DNA of 36,681 nt from Jimgerdemannia flammicorona (lineage: Eukaryota): contig RBNJ01000206.1 of the NCBI GenBank assembly GCA_003990765.1, positions 1 through 36,681 on the forward strand. Reading direction: 5' to 3'. The notes beneath the pieces are model-generated. The model worked only from the letters and a program-made list of their open reading frames with translations, did not search any database and was not told the origin of the DNA. Of this stretch, positions 20,857-34,232 are shown one piece after another; within the stretch, counting starts at the first letter, position 1; each line of letters starts with the position of its first letter. A program made the position numbers and the translations under genes.

Positions 20857-23791
20857 CTAGACACGAGCGGGGCGAGTGCCAACACCACCGGCCTTGTCGA
20901 AGACCAGCTCGGCGACCCTGAAGGCCAACTCATCGGTCTCAGCGCGGGTGGCGGCCTCGGCATAAACGCGGACGGCATCTTCGGTACCGGAGGCTCTGAT
21001 CCATTGCAGATGGGAATCGTTTGTCAGTATGCGTACCAAAGACAAATCGACGAAAAGCGCGTGCGATTGACGATTATCGACCTACCGAACGAAAGAGCGG
21101 CCGCTGGTATATTTGGCGACCAGGGCGTCAATGTCAGCCTGCAAACCCGCGGGCTCGACAAGTTGGCGTTCGGCATTGGTGGTTTTGAAGATATGGCGGT
21201 TAGCGACCTAATGATTTTGCATAATAGCAATGCTATTAGTCAGGCTCATATGAAACCGGTGTACATAATTGAAGGATACGGAACATCGGTTGAACATCCG
21301 CACATAACCAAGCGGTTCCTTATCCATCGTTCACAGGACAAGTAAACTCATATTGCATACGTACCACAACCTTGACCAGCCTGTTGGGCAAATCAGTGTA
21401 GGCCTGGTCCCACTCCTTGAGGCTCCACTGACGGTGGGTCAGGATGGCCTCGACGAGTAGCATGTCCGAAAGAGCGTCGCCGACGGTTTGGTTGATGAGA
21501 TCGGTGAGCGCGCGGAGCTGGGCGATGGCGGTAGTCTGGGCGGGGGTGCGGCTGTGAACCGTCGACGAAAGAGCGTGCGTGAAGCGTAAACGAGACTTGT
21601 CAGGCAGTTGACCGTGCAAAACGTATGATGGAGGCAACATACCCTTTCGCCGTACGGATGGTCTGCAGCGCCTCGGCACTGAACAGGACGGTGCCGTGAC
21701 CGTTCGCCTCAAAGTAAACTCCAACGTCGTACTTCTCGGCCTCGTGATGCAAATGCTTGACGCCAGTGGAGACGCACGAAACGGGGACTTTCTGAGAATC
21801 CCGACCAAGTACGTGTCGAGGCAATATTAGTACATACCGCAACTACCAAGAAAAACGGGACCGAACATTCGATGACGCCACCCATTGCAGAACTTTTGCC
21901 AATTCTACCTACCAGAACCTTGGTGAGGTAGGTGGTGGAGTTGCCATTGGCGTAGGCAGTCTGGACAACGCCGACCTTGATACTGTCGACGCCGGCGGCC
22001 TGGACGAGGTCCATGATAAACATGGCAGAAAGACCGGCGATCTTGTCACCGTCAAGGAGGCGGAAGGTGCCGTCTTTATTTTTACGCAGGCGACAAAATC
22101 GACATTAGAGATTTGATTCAAATTATAACAAATTGCAGCTTTTGATACCCGAAAGACTAGAAAATGCAAGCACACTCACCAGTATCGACGTAGTAGTAGA
22201 CCAACCGATCAGCATCGCCGTCAAAAGAGGCGGCGCGGTCACCGCTGGTTACGGTAGAGCCGGGGGGGAGACGCTGCCCGGTCTTGACGTAGTCGGCGCC
22301 GCACTGTGATAACAAAAAACGATCGCATTATGACCACGCTCTCCAAAGGCTCTCAACTAGAAAACCTGCATGACTGGACATGGCCCTACTCACGTTGTGG
22401 TTCAGCGCGCCCTCGACACCGATCTTGTCGTTAACAATGTTGACAGAGATGATGTCTTCGCCGATGACCTCGATGAGTTCACGGAGCTTGGGGGCGCCAA
22501 CCCCGTTGGCGCAGTCGACGTACAGGGGAGAGAGGCGCTGCTTATCGCTCTAAAGACGTGGAGACCAACAAAATCGCAGGGTGGTGTGCTTAGTTTCGAT
22601 CTGGTGAATTTGTGAGCGTAGATACTCGCTCATCATCGACGATCTACAATTGGCTTTATTTTCCTCCACACCTTCTTCCGAACAAGTCGCAATACGAACC
22701 ACGATCTGACGGAACGCCGTGGCGAGCTTATTGTAGTATCCTATCTCGGTAGGCTCGCCGTAGGCATCGTTGGTACCTTGAGTATTGAGACAGCGGACAC
22801 CATAGTGAAGCTGGGGGGTGGTCTTGAGACCGAAGTTGGTGTAGGAGCTGCCGGCGGCCTTGATGGCGTCTTCGAGCGAGGCAACTAGGGCGGGGCCGCT
22901 TGGCCTACGTACGTAAAAAGTGAAGAGACACGGTTGTAAGATTGCGTTCTGTCGATATGAGGTGACCACTTTTAAAAAGTTAATTTCTTCTTAAGTCATA
23001 CTAAGCCACCAGAGGTGACATTTAAAAGTAGCTGGTTTACATGTGTGCAACGACGGTGCCCATATATATGTTGGCTCACCCCCTCTCCAATCACCCACGT
23101 CACCAGAAACTCAGACGGATCCCCCAAGCAATCAGACAAAGCCCGCTTTACCTTGTATCATAAGCATAAAGGATATTGGAAGGTTTGTTGACGTCGATCT
23201 TGTTCTGCGCGATGATCCTCTCCAGGGTCTCGACGAGTGCGTCGTCGTTGGGCGCGTTAGCCAGGCTGGTGGCGTAAACCTCCCACGACTGCTCAAGCAT
23301 CTCACCACGAGGGTCGACGAGCTTGACGCCGTTATCCTATCAGATTTAAGATCCGGCGGCACGTGCAAGTTGGTTGGGTCAACGGCACGTTCTCGGACGT
23401 CATACATTGGCCACGGTGCGTGTCACCCACTCAATGAAGGATATGCAGAGGAAAGGGCTGAATCACAGGCCAGAACACGTACCTCCTCGGGGTTGTGGGA
23501 AGCGGTGATCATGACACCAATGACGCTGCCGTCGAGCTTCTTGGAACGGAGGACGGCGATAAGGCCCACGCGGAACATGATGGAGTCCAGGAGGGACGCC
23601 CTGGAGACAGGATGACGCGTGAGATTTGTACCGAGATTGATATAGAGGGTGGGCCTATGGATTGGAGATGGCTAAAAATGTTAGACTTACTTCATGCGGA
23701 AACCAGCGGTACCATATGTGAATTGGATGTTCTGAGGTTTGGGGTGGAGGGCAGAGGCGGTGACGATGTTCTCGAAGGTGAAGGCAGACAT
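20857..23791 (-). CDS. PGM3: Phosphoacetylglucosamine mutase (AGM1/PCM1/PGM3), multi-exon
   Basis: Motifs [21 protein letters not shown] (catalytic Ser), DCANGVG, FDGDADR (metal loop), [10 protein letters not shown], and [15 protein letters not shown]. Confidence 0.96.
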
Positions 23792-24097
23792 GATTTGGAT
23801 AGTTCGGGAGGGGGGATAGAGAAGAGGAATGTGGGGTAAGGGTCTAAATGGGTCGGGGGATGGCTTGGTGAACGGGGTGAACGGGCGCCTCGCTGCCATT
23901 TCGGGGGACTGATGGGTGATGTCACTCATTCGGGATGTCGGAGTTTCGCGGTGACAGCGACATTTCAGGAATCATGTGAACCGACATGTGCAAACCACTC
24001 TACTGTACCGATATAAGAACCCGATTCCTTCCTTGATCCATCTCTTTCTTCTTCTTTACTTCTTTTTTCTTTACTCTTCTCCCACCTTCATTGAATA
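23792..24097. promoter_or_regulatory. Short divergent promoter region shared by PGM3 and FOX2
   Basis: 306 bp between head-to-head start codons. TATA-like TATAAG near 24012, followed by a pyrimidine-rich tract before the FOX2 ATG. Confidence 0.55.
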
Positions 24098-27000
24098 ATG
24101 TCTGACCTGCGCTTCGATAACCGTGTTGTCATTGTCACCGGCGCTGGCGGTGGTATGCACCCTGTTCTCCACTCTGATCCCACTGTGAGAAGAAGAAACG
24201 TTACTGACCTGTCACATTTTATCAAAATAAAAATAATAATAATCCCAACCACCCTCAGGTCTCGGTAAAGCCTATGCCCTCTTCTTTGGCGCGCGCGGCG
24301 CGTCCGTGGTCGTGAATGACCTTGGCGTGAGCCGTTCCGGCGACGGCACTTCCACATCCGCGGCTGACGTGGTCGTCGAGGAGATCCGCAAGGCAGGCGG
24401 CAAGGCCGTGGCCAACTACAACTCAGTCGAGGACGGCGACAAGATCGTTGAAACAGCCATGAAAGCCTTCAACCGCGTCGACATCATTATCAATAACGCT
24501 GGTATCCTGAGGGACAAGTCCTTCGCTCGCATGACCGACGCCGACTGGGATTTGATCCAAGCCGTCCATGTCAAGGGCAGCTACAAGGTCACAAAGGCCG
24601 CTTGGGATATCTTCAAGAAGCAGAAATTCGGAAGGTACGTTTGGATTGTGATACGGGTCATGCTGAACCAATCAATTGGAATATGTCCGCTCAAACATTC
24701 CTCTCTCAACATTCCTTCGTAGAATCATCATGACTGCTTCGGCCGCTGGCGTCTATGGCAATTTTGGACAATCCAATTACTCCGCAGGTGAGTTCTTAAA
24801 CACATCTAAGCACAATTACCACACACTGTTGGTGGCCAGAAATAAAATCAATGAGCAAGACTGCTGGTCCCTCTGTACGCATTTCTCTCATACTTTCCAT
24901 TGACATCTCACATGCCGCAATCAGCCAAGCTCGCCCTGGCCAGTTTCAGTAGCACATTGGCAAAGGAAGGCGCAAAGGACAACATCCACTGCAACACCAT
25001 CGCCCCCATGGCTGCCTCTCGCATGTAAGCAATCCCTGGCTGGCTTATATATTAATTTGTCCAAATATCCCAATCGACCGAACGAGCAACCCACCACTCT
25101 TACTAACCAATCGCCACCCGACCATCACCACCACCATCACCATTACCACCACCATCACCATTACCACCACCATCACCATCACCACCACCCCCTCCCCACC
25201 CAGGACCGAGAGTATCATGCCGCCGGACGTCCTCGCGGCGCTCAAGCCTGAATATGTGGCCCCACTTGTGGCGTACCTCTGCCACGAGACGACGAAAGAA
25301 AACGGCGGCCTGTTCGAGGTGGGCGCCGGCTTCGTGGCCAAGCTCCGCTGGGAGCGCTCCAGGGGTGCCGTCTTCAAGGCTGATGACACCTTCTCCCCAG
25401 CTGCTGTCGGCGCCAAGTGGGGCGAGATCACAGATTTCTCCAACCCCGAGTACCCGTCGTCCGTTACCGACACAGACTTCCTCTCCCTCCTCGAACAGGC
25501 GAAGAATCTCGCGGCTAACCCAAAGGTCGCGCCGCTTACATACGACGGCAAGGTTGCTATCGTGACGGGAGCTGGCGGTGGCCTCGGTCGTGCTTACTCG
25601 CTTTTGCTGGCTAGGCTCGGGTGCGCTGTCGGTAAGTTATGATGTCCATATCATGTACGCCGGCTCGAATTTGAATACGTGTATCTAATTACATTTCGAG
25701 CATAACAAGCATCCCCATTCTGTAACCACCTACGCTCACAATACCAACCTTTTTTTTTTTCTGAAACCCACCGCAGTCGTTAACGATCTCGGTGGTTCCG
25801 CCACGGGCCAGGGTTCCGACAGCCGCGCCGCGGACAAGGTGGTCGAGGAGATCCGGCAGGCCGGCGGCAAAGCTGTGGCCAACTACGACTCTGTGGAGGA
25901 CGGCGACAAGGTCGTGGAGACGGCCATCAAGGCCTTCGGCCGTGTCGACATCGTCGTCAACAACGCCGGCATTCTGCGCGACAAGTCCTTCGCTCGTATG
26001 ACCGACGGCGATTGGGACCTAGTTCACCGCGTCCATCTCAGGGGCACTTACAAAGGTGTGTGGATTAAAAGCTGTCTAAAGGAAGAAGGTTGTTCGTTCG
26101 TGATGCTGTGTAGGCTGACCAAATTCAATATAAAATCTGTCCAGTTACCAAGGCCGCCTGGCCACATTTCCTGAAACAGAAGTACGGTCGCGTTATCAAC
26201 ACGGCGTCCGCCGTTGGCCTGTACGGCAACTTCGGCCAAGCGAACTACAGCGCCGGTATGTAAAAGCTTTAACAGATCGTGTGCTTAAACACTATGGTCA
26301 CTTATTCCAAGTGTCGCTTGTCCTACAAATTTATAGCCAAGCTCGGTATCGTCGGGTTGACCAAAACTTTGGCCATTGAGGGCAAGAAGAACAACATTTT
26401 AGTGAACGTGATCGCTCCTAATGCTGGCACCCGCATGTACGTAATAGCATAAATCGTGTAACATATTTACGTAATAGTATAGCGAGAATTGTGTTTTAAC
26501 CTTGCCTAAATACCGCACAGGACCGCCACCGTCATGCCTCCGGAGATGGTCGAAGCCTTCAAGCCCGAATACGTCGCTCCTCTCATCGCCTTCCTAGGCC
26601 ACGAATCTTGCCCCGAGTCCGGCAGCATCTTCGAGGTGGGCAGCGGGTGGATCGCCAAGGTCCGCTGGCAGCGCAGCGGTGGCGTAGGCTTCTCGTCCTC
26701 GCAGCCGCTACTCCCAGAGCAGATCGCTAAACACTGGAGCGACATCGTCAACTTCAACGATGGCCGCGCCACCCATCCGACTTCCACCCAGGAGGCGTTC
26801 CAGCAGTTCATGGATAACTTCGCAAACAGTGCTGTGTCTGAGCCGACCAAGAAGGAGGATGGGCTTGATATTGAAGCCGCAAAGAAGCTCACGTTTGACC
26901 CTATGGAGTTCTCGTATTCTGAGCGCGATGTCATCCTTTATGCGTTGGGCGTCGGCGCTAAGCGCACAGACCTCCATCTCGTGTATGAGAACGCCGAAAA

Positions 27001-28546
27001 CTTCACGGTTCTGCCCACCTTTGGTGTGATTCCATCCTTCGCCGCCATGAACGCCGTTCCTTTTGGCGATTTCCTACCTTCGTTCAATCCCGTAAGCCGA
27101 CATTTCAAATGTTTGAATCATTATTAATGGTTCGCCAGCCTTTCTACCATTGACTTAACCGCCTTCCCTCTCCTCGCCCAGATGATGCTCCTCCACGGCG
27201 AGCAGTTCCTCTCCTTGCGCAAGCCGATCCCGACCAGCGGCAAGTTCAATTCCAAAGCGCGTGTCATCGACATCCTCGACAAGGGCAAAGGCGCATCCGT
27301 CGTCATCGGTGTCTCCACCACCGATGAATCCGGCGACGTCCTCTTTGACAACGAATTCACCCTGTTCATCCGCGGCATCGGCGGATTCGGCGGAAAGAAG
27401 ACCGGCGAGGACCGCGGCGCGGCCACCGCTACAAACAATCCGCCTAACCGTCCTCCGGATGCAGTCGTGCGCGAGAAGACCGCCGAGGATCAAGCCGCGT
27501 TGTATCGGTAGGTGTTTGGTTGGATTTGATACCTTTGGCATTCATTAACTACAAGATTGGCATGTAATCGATCTAATACATTCGTTCTTGCTTTAATTGT
27601 TATAGTCTCAGTGGTGATTACAACCCGCTTCACATTGACCCTTCCATGTCAAAGATGGTGAGAATCCTTATTTCGTTTGGTCGAATTTTCTTCTTTCGTT
27701 TGATGAGACCTTTTCGTTCAGGTTACAAACATGTCTCTTCTTTCTCTGCAGGGCGGCTTCGACGTTCCCATTCTCCATGGTCTTGCCTCATTCGGCATCG
27801 CAGGCAAGCACGTTCTTGCCACATACGGCAAGAACGACTCCGCCAGCTTCAAGACCATCAAGGCGCGCTTCGCAAAGCACGTTTTCCCCGGCGAAACGCT
27901 CGAGACGCAGATGTGGCGTGAGGGTAACAAGATCATCTTCCAGGTCCGCGTGGTGGAGCGCGACACCATTGCCATTTCCAACGCGGCCGTTGAGCTCGCG
28001 GGTACATCTGACGCCGCCGCCGCCGCCGCTACTGGATCCCCGGCCGTGGCGCCCAGCGGTGGCATTGCCGTCGACGGATTCCAGTCCTCGGCCATTTTCG
28101 GGCAGATTAAGGATAACATAAACGCCACCTCGTCGGCCGAGCGGAAAGCACAAGTCGGCAAGATCAAGGCCGTTTTCCAGATGGACATCACAAACAAGGA
28201 TGGCAAGGCCCAGTCGTGGTACATTGACCTCAAAAACGGCGAGGGCGATGTCGGCCTTGGGAAACCGGCCAAGGGCAAGCCGGATTGTACCATCGCTATC
28301 AACGATGCGGACTTTGTCGAGATGGCTGCTGGCAAGCTGAACACGCAGAAGGCGTTCATGCAGGGCAAGATTAAGGTAGAGTATGGTTTTCACGTAATCC
28401 TTGGGTCTGTGACCTGAAGCCGGGTTACTCATACCTTTTTGTTCGTTGCCCCCTCTTTTTGTGGGTCCATTTAGATCAAGGGTAACATGATGCTTGCCAC
28501 CAAGCTTGGCGACGTACTGAACAAGCAGCCCAAATCCAAATTGTAG
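24098..28546 (+). CDS. FOX2: Peroxisomal multifunctional beta-oxidation enzyme type 2: two SDR dehydrogenase domains, MaoC-type hydratase 2, SCP2 domain, PTS1
   Basis: Two copies of VTGAGGGLG...[11 protein letters not shown]...YGNFGQxNYSAAK. Hydratase motif [14 protein letters not shown]...PILHGL. SCP2 region WYIDLKNG...PDCTI...[17 protein letters not shown]-terminus ...PKSKL* (28535-28546). Confidence 0.97.
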
Positions 28547-28779
28547 TAGTTGACATTCCAGTGTAATTAGAAATCCACACCAAAGTTATATGTATATATA
28601 CATACTGGAGGTTAAGTCAGATGCCTCGGGTGTTATGTAGTAGATGCAAATAAAATTCTGAAATATCTTCGCATCGTACTGGTGACAATTTTAGATTGTC
28701 GAATTCTGAATCGATTGCTACATTTTGGGTGGAACTTATGGGAGAAAGTAGAGGGTAGTTGTACATGTTTACAAACCGT

Positions 28780-31700
28780 CTATCCTTCGCCCGCCACCAC
28801 TTCTCTATAAAAGCCATTAAAGTCCAGCCTCAATAGCAACTCCTGCAAAAACCCACCCACCCCTGACTTGGTATCCATCCGATCATGATACGCCCGATGC
28901 TGCTCATACTTCGCCTCCCGTTCATCGAGCCCCTCTGCCGCCTCCTTCCTCACACCCACACCCATCCTCCCACCACCCTTCTCCTCCAACGCCATCAAGA
29001 TCTTCACCAGCATACCCGCGTACAGCCGGAATTTGTCATAAAGCCCACGGCATTTACGCCGGTGCTCGTCTTCCTCGTACACCGTCGGCCTCTTCTCCAA
29101 GAACGCCTCGCGATGGTCGTCCAGCACCCGCGCGAGCGTGATGATGACAGTAAAGATACCATTCACGACCTTCATGATGGACTCTTGCCGCCGCTTCAGC
29201 AGGCACTGGAACAACATCCGATCCAGAACGTGATCGTGGTACGCGCGCAATGAATCCAGATCCATGATGATACTGTCGTCCATCTCTTCCTCCTCCTCTT
29301 CTTCCTCGTCATCATCTCCCATCACCGTGCTCTGGTCATCCCCGATGCTCGACGCCGCCACGTCATCCTCATCCCTTCGTCTGGGCGCGGCGCCGAACAT
29401 GGCCCTCCGCGCCATCAGGTCGAGTCGTTTCGTGAATAGAACCCATGTAGACCCAATGGCGACGTCGAAGACATAGCCGTACAGGGCCTTGACGAACTGG
29501 TGCGCCTCGAAGCGGAAGCGGCGGAGGAGATGATCACCCTCGATCTGCTCGATCGTCGCGTTCACGGGGAGCCGTTCGTGGATAAGGCGGTAGAGGCGGC
29601 GGACGACAGCCTCGACGCGCAAGATATGCAGGAGGAAAGTGAAGAGACGGTTATATTTGTCCAGGCTACTTGGCGTGATGATGGTGTTGACAGGGTGAGG
29701 AGGGCGGTAGGACAAGTACAGAAAATCGAGAGCCTCGACAGCTATCATCGGCGAAAAAAAAAAAAAAAAGGTTGACAATTAGAGAATCGGCGATAAAGGG
29801 AATTCAAATACAATTGAACCTCAGTTCTCAACCTACCGTGAGGATCCCTCCACGGCTCATTCCCCTCATCGTCCTCCTCGCCTAGCACCGCAAACGCCAT
29901 CAGATCATCCAATCCCTCCACCTCGCCCTTCCTCCTCACGACCTCCTTCCTCCCCCTCCGCACCTCCTTATTCGCGGCAATACTCTCCAGTAGCACGGCC
30001 TTGAGCGCCATAGCCAGCTCGGCGCCCCTGGGAGGCCACGTCTGCCTTGAGTGAAGCCTGATGTGCAACCCGATACCGGCGCGTTTTCCCGCGGTGTCCA
30101 TCTCGTCACCGGTCTCAATCTCGTCCGTGAAGAGGGACTCGGTCAGGCCGCTGACGAAGACGCCGTCGCCCAGGAGCATGTAACGCCGAAGGACGGTGAG
30201 GTGGCCGCGGAGGTTGAGGTCGTGGAAGAAGAGGGAGAGGACGGATGCATTGATGAGGCGGCAGTGGGCGCGGAGCGGATGGGAGAGGGATTGGTCTGCG
30301 AGGATTTGGAGTGGGGGGATGTGACCGTCTGGGCGGAGGGTGTTGTGATTGAGAGGTTCGGATTCGGACTGCAGCAAATGTTCGATTTGGAGGAGGGTGG
30401 ATGGGTTGTGGTTGGCGCGGGAGGGGGCTAGGGAAAAGAAACGGGTATTGGTGGTGACGGTGGATGAGCGGGACGAGAGCGATGGAATGGAGAAGATGTC
30501 CTCGAGGTCAGTGACGAGTGAATGGTCAGATGTGCTGGTGTCGAAACTTTTATCAGTATCTCCGTCGGAACCGTCATCAGAATGAGCGATCGTGTCCAGC
30601 ATGTCCATGGCTGGCGGAGGCTCCTCTTCATCGTCATACATCATGACAGGGGGGATGATGTCCCGAAGCAACCGACGATTACTGTCCTCTGTTGCCTCGA
30701 TATGGGGGACAACCGATTTTGCAAGCAATTCTGGCGTATCGAGAGCCAGTGAATCACGACTGAAAAAGCGACGTCTATACTTCGATACTCGGTTTGCCTG
30801 ATGGGACATAGGAACAGTTTTGATCTTCTATTAGAACTATACCATATGCGCGTCAGCCAACCCCCAAATTTTACAGAATTTTTGCCCGCTTACCTTACGC
30901 AGATCCTCTATCGCCTCAACGATTCTCCCTACGTACATTTGTATGTTCTCGTGCATTCTATATTACAAACATGGGAGCAAGTGAATTCGAACGTCAGAAA
31001 CCCTATCTCCGAAAAAAAGGCCGTCGACTTTATAAATAACTTACTCTTCGATCTCCCGATGCGTCATCACCCACCGCAACCTCACATCTCCCGCCACTAC
31101 TGCTCCGATGCCGCCCCTCACATGTTCTGCCCCACACAATGGGTGGTCGGGTCGACATTCTCTCAGTAGCCTCAACGACTTGCCCGCCTCAAGCACATCC
31201 CTGGCCAGCTCCGGCGCCAAGAACTCGGGGGGGGGGCTGGTGCGGCTCATCTGGAAGTAGTCGTTCCAGAAAGCGTCGCCGTCCTTGCGCACGAAGCTGG
31301 TCTCCTCGCCGTCCAGGTTGGTCACAAAGAATTCGCTGTAAGGGTCGGCCACCTGCCCGGACCCCGTCGTGTCCACGATCGTTGCTTCCCCGTCCCCGGC
31401 CGCCACGCCGACCCACCGGTCCAGCATTGAGAGGTACGGGCGGCTCGAGTGCGCGAGGAACGTGAGCAGCAGGGCCTTGTGGGTCACGTCGTGGGATTGG
31501 GCCGAGTCAAGGCGGAGGGCCGCGTGGTAGAGGTGGGTTAGGAGACCCGAGCCGAAAGGGAGGTGGAAGCCGCGGCGGACGTGTTCGACGACTTCGGTGG
31601 GGCTCAAGTTAGGGTGAGCGGAGACGGACTGTAATATACAGCATGTTCAAAGAATATTAGCTCGGTTGCTAGCAAATATTTGCAAATCATTTACAGCAAG

Positions 31701-33190
31701 TAGAAGATTTTATCAATTGCAAATACTCACGCAATAACACAAATCTGCCAACCGCTCCAAAATTATACAGTAATCCTCAACGGAGTGATACAATTTAAGT
31801 ATGGCAATTTTGGAAGATCCACCCATAGCCGCGATGAAGGCAGGAATGGTTCGTTGCATAGCAGAGACATACGATGCTAGCGAGTGACCAAAGGCGCTTC
31901 CCGTGAGGCCAAACAGACTAAAACGAAGATGGACGAGAGGGGGGTGGGGGTGAGTTTCAATATGTTTTCATAGAGATGGCGGATTTCAAAGAGATAGATA
32001 CTATAGAAAACAAACCCAGGATGTGGTAGATATACCTCGGGTCTGCTTTGCATTGATTAGCCACATTTTCCAATCGCTTGAAATATGTCCCGCAATCCAT
32101 AAAACGGCGTAATACTCTGGAGGTGTGACCGATTTCGAATGAAAATCATATTGAAGTGGCGGCAATCACACCAAGTCAGCAAAACACACTTACGGCGCCA
32201 TGGCTCGCGCACTAAACCCGACGATCCGTATGTTAGGCAGCGCAGGCTCGAACTTGCGCAGTTTGGTATTGTACTGGAACATGCCGGTGGGCGTGCCGAT
32301 GAGAAGCTTGACGGTATCCTGAGATTGGGAGTGAAAGTGAATAACAGTCGCAATGTCGACGAATGGGACATGGAAGGAAATCGCAAATAGATTATATGAT
32401 ACCTCAATCAAAGCCTCCTGCTTCACAATGTTCTCGGGTGCGGAGAAATGGTAACGGAAATGCCTGGAACAGCACAAACAATGACAGCGTATATAAACAA
32501 ATGGAGTTCATTGTTGATAGTTCTCAACAGTAAAAAGCCCTACCTCTGATATACGGCCTCGTATGTCTTCAAATCGGCCTCGCTCAGATATGGAGACGGT
32601 AATCCGTGCGCGGCTATGTCCTCTCTGGGCCCGGGCCTTTGGCTGAACGCTTCCCACGATAATAGCTTGCCCTCTTGGTCCTCGGGCTCGGCTGCGGCAC
32701 GAACCCAGAGGTCGTCATTGACGTCAGCATCATCCGGGTTCGGCAGCGGTGCCGTTTCGGGCTGCGACGCCGTTCCGGGCTGCGACCGAGTTGCATGATG
32801 GTTCAAGAGGTGAGCGTTGACGAGGCCGGTCCGGATATTGTCGATGTCATCGATATTCGGGATGGCGAGGTCGATGACATTGAACGCTTGGTCGGAGAGT
32901 TCGGGAAGCTCGAAGCACGATGTTGGATGCGTAAGATTGTCCAATCCGAGGAGACCTGAAAGAAAGAGAAGAGGTGGGTCAAACCGTTGCAACCAAAGGT
33001 TTGCTTTGTTGGCGGACAGCCCTAATGTGCTTAACCTACTTGCCATCAGTGGCTGCTTAACGTATGGGGTTTTAAAGGTGGCCTCTGTGATGGATAAGTA
33101 GTTATCGTTGTCGTCGAAGGGTTCTTCAAATGTACTGTCTGTGTAGCAGGTGTAGTTGCCCCATGCAGCGGCATGGTCTTTCTCGTCCAT
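28780..33190 (-). CDS. Gamma-tubulin complex component (Spc97/Spc98 GRIP family), GCP6-like; start codon approximate
   Basis: GRIP motifs PYLSMLDRWV, LEAGKSLRLL, LRRYMLLGDG, LSYRPPHPVNTII...YNRLFTFLL and C-terminal LLLRLDFNGFY. The long N-terminal extension and acidic insertion fit GCP6 (inference). Confidence 0.85.
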
Positions 33191-33712
33191 GGTTTCAAAT
33201 TCTTTGTGGCGCGTTTTCGCGGTGAAATGAAGTCCATATGCTGACGTCACTATCTGCGTGACTGCTGAATTGGCGACATATTCTGATATTCTGTAGCATT
33301 TCGCATGTATCTTTAGCATTTCGCATGTATCTTTGAATTATCTGAAATGCACTCTTCAGCAAGATATTTCTGGCTTTGAAAGAGACGGCTGCAATCACTT
33401 TTAGCTTGATCTGGGACTTACGTCACAACAATTTTATTTGTTAGAGTATTCGGATGATGCCATCATTGCTTTATTTATTTTATTTTGGCCCAAGGTATGC
33501 TTTCAAATCAATTTGAATTGACCTCTTGATTTTAATCTAATTTAAATCAATTTTAATTTAATTTAATTCAATTTATTTAAAAGTACTAAAAATAAGATTT
33601 ATTAAATAAAAATATATTTATTTTAGTTTAGTTAGTTAATTAATTATTTACTAGCTTAGTTAAAGAGATAGAATCTTACTTATAGATAAGACTTAATAAA
33701 GATAATAGTTAA

Positions 33713-34126
33713 CCTCCCACCTCACGTGTAAGTCCTTTACTCACCTCAACTGGGAGAACCAGGCCCTACCCACCATGTTGTGCTTTGATGAGGGTTTTTT
33801 ATTTGCCTGTCATTCTCTTTGGGGTGGCAGAGGCTATTCTATTTGGCTCGGGCATGGCCTTATACATATGTTGGATTCTCAGATGTGTGCTTTCAGTCAT
33901 TGGTGTATGGTTGGGTTTTCCCTGGTGGTAGGGAGAGCATGGTGTGCAGAATGAGGTGTGGGCTTATCAGCCCTGCTGTGCCTGGCATGGTCGAGCTGCT
34001 GGACAATAGCTAGCCTAGGTTAATGGGGGGGCAGTGCTTGGTGGGTGGTGGGGGAGGGTTTTGGCCTATATAGTCTAGGTTTCCTTCTAATAAAAATCTG
34101 TGGGACATGAGTCCGTAAAATAAAAA
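33713..34126 (+). mobile_element. Short 5'-truncated copy of the poly(A) retroposon
   Basis: Matches 36271-36681. AATAAA followed by an A-rich tail. 15-bp TSD AAAGATAATAGTTAA (33698-33712 and 34127-34141). Confidence 0.92.
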
Positions 34127-34232
34127 AAAGATAATAGTTAAGTATAATTAAGTCAAATGTATTTATCTATTAATTATAAACCATTAATTTATATTTTCTT
34201 AATTATTTTACTAAATAAAACTAAGCTAAAGA

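Noticed and set aside
25057..25251. Poly-histidine ORF
   Set aside because: The CAC/CAT microsatellite lies inside a FOX2 intron (GT at 25025, AG at 25202-03).
28544..28552. Stop-codon readthrough to a cryptic PTS1 in FOX2
   Set aside because: SKL already precedes the stop, and a second TAG follows immediately.
20635..33101. Long antisense and alternative-frame ORFs over the host genes (e.g. 20635-21345, 23043-23615, 27718-28368, 27788-28432)
   Set aside because: Shadows of GC-rich, codon-biased exons; no recognisable motifs.
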